From the NCBI GenBank assembly GCA_050250895.1, contig JBFWNU010000007.1, positions 320,001 to 384,000 of the forward strand: a stretch of DNA of 64,000 bases. The letters are read 5' to 3'. Position numbers and translations under genes: made by a program. The notes below the pieces were generated by a model. It was not told where the DNA came from. It did no database searches and saw only the letters and a list, made by a program, of their open reading frames with translations. Position 1 is the first letter of the stretch, and each line of letters begins with the position of its first letter. The DNA is from Vulcanimicrobiota bacterium. Its GTDB lineage: Bacteria > Vulcanimicrobiota > Xenobia > Xenobiales > JADMJV01. Shown here piece after piece: positions 63,607-64,000 of the stretch.

Positions 63607-64000
63607 TGGTGAGAAGGCCTTCGCCGGCTCCCACAGCGACGCCCTCGAGATACACTTCGGTCAGCAGGCTGCGAAACTGTTCGACATTTTCCACCTCGGC
63701 CAATCTCTGGCAAGTTCCTTGCAGGCTTTGGTGGTGCAATTCCAGATAACTCTCGAGGCCATCTCGGCCTTCTAACGAGGCGACTTTCTCGGCTTCTCGC
63801 AGGACCGTGTCGGTGGGCGGGTTCAGGTCGTCGAGGGAGCGCAGGGCGTGGCTGGCCAGGGACTCGAAGACGCCCGTCACCAAGCCGCCTTCGAGAAAGG
63901 TGAGGGTGGTTTCGAGGGCCTGTTCGGGGGAGGGGAGGGTGGTGACCTCGGCTAGCGCCAGATTGGCGCCATTGCGGGTTTCGACGATCACGTCCTTGAA
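63596..64000 (-). CDS. hypothetical protein; only the 3' part is in the window and its 5' end lies beyond the right edge
   Basis: The frame stays open to the window edge (…FKDVIVETRNG…). Confidence 0.6.
   Translation of the reverse strand, partial: FKDVIVETRNGANLALAEVTTLPSPEQALETTLTFLEGGLVTGVFESLASHALRSLDDLNPPTDTVLREAEKVASLEGRDGLESYLELHHQSLQGTCQRLAEVENVEQFRSLLTEVYLEGVAVGAGEGLLTTIS

Overview
GC-rich (roughly 60-65% by eye), densely coding bacterial chromosome segment with about 60 CDSs. I found no rRNA, tRNA, CRISPR array, integrase or transposase. Recognisable modules: (1) two PilT-family ATPases flanking a cysteine hydrolase; (2) dcd, an HD-domain dNTPase-like gene and a metal-site-degenerate HutG/arginase-fold gene; (3) a MerR-HTH plus VIT-vWA pair; (4) an NHEJ operon, ku - MerR/TPR - ligD; (5) an FHA-FHA-class III cyclase coupled to aat; (6) gdhA; (7) a radical SAM protein; (8) a PGM1-like ATP-grasp/deaminase/O-methyltransferase operon; (9) a lexA-imuA-imuB-dnaE2 mutasome cassette; (10) a hybrid histidine kinase, PilZ proteins, an SF2 helicase and a three-gene minor-pilin cluster. 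The most striking unexplained signals are: a twice-repeated palindrome CAGACA-N2-TGTCT(G/A) in the lexA promoter (candidate new SOS box); a candidate ~70-nt sRNA or attenuator with a C-rich anti-SD loop at 36265-36334; two paralogous degenerate Hsp90/GHKL-like proteins, one of 1341 aa with repeated middle-domain modules; a MerR-TPR gene coupled between ku and ligD; a set of orphan proteins with low-complexity N-terminal leaders; frequent leaderless-type promoters; and apparent over-representation of CTCGAG. The gene style is reminiscent of Ca. Eremiobacterota (Vulcanimicrobiota), but this is a low-confidence inference. Many start codons were re-assigned by eye relative to the supplied ORF track.
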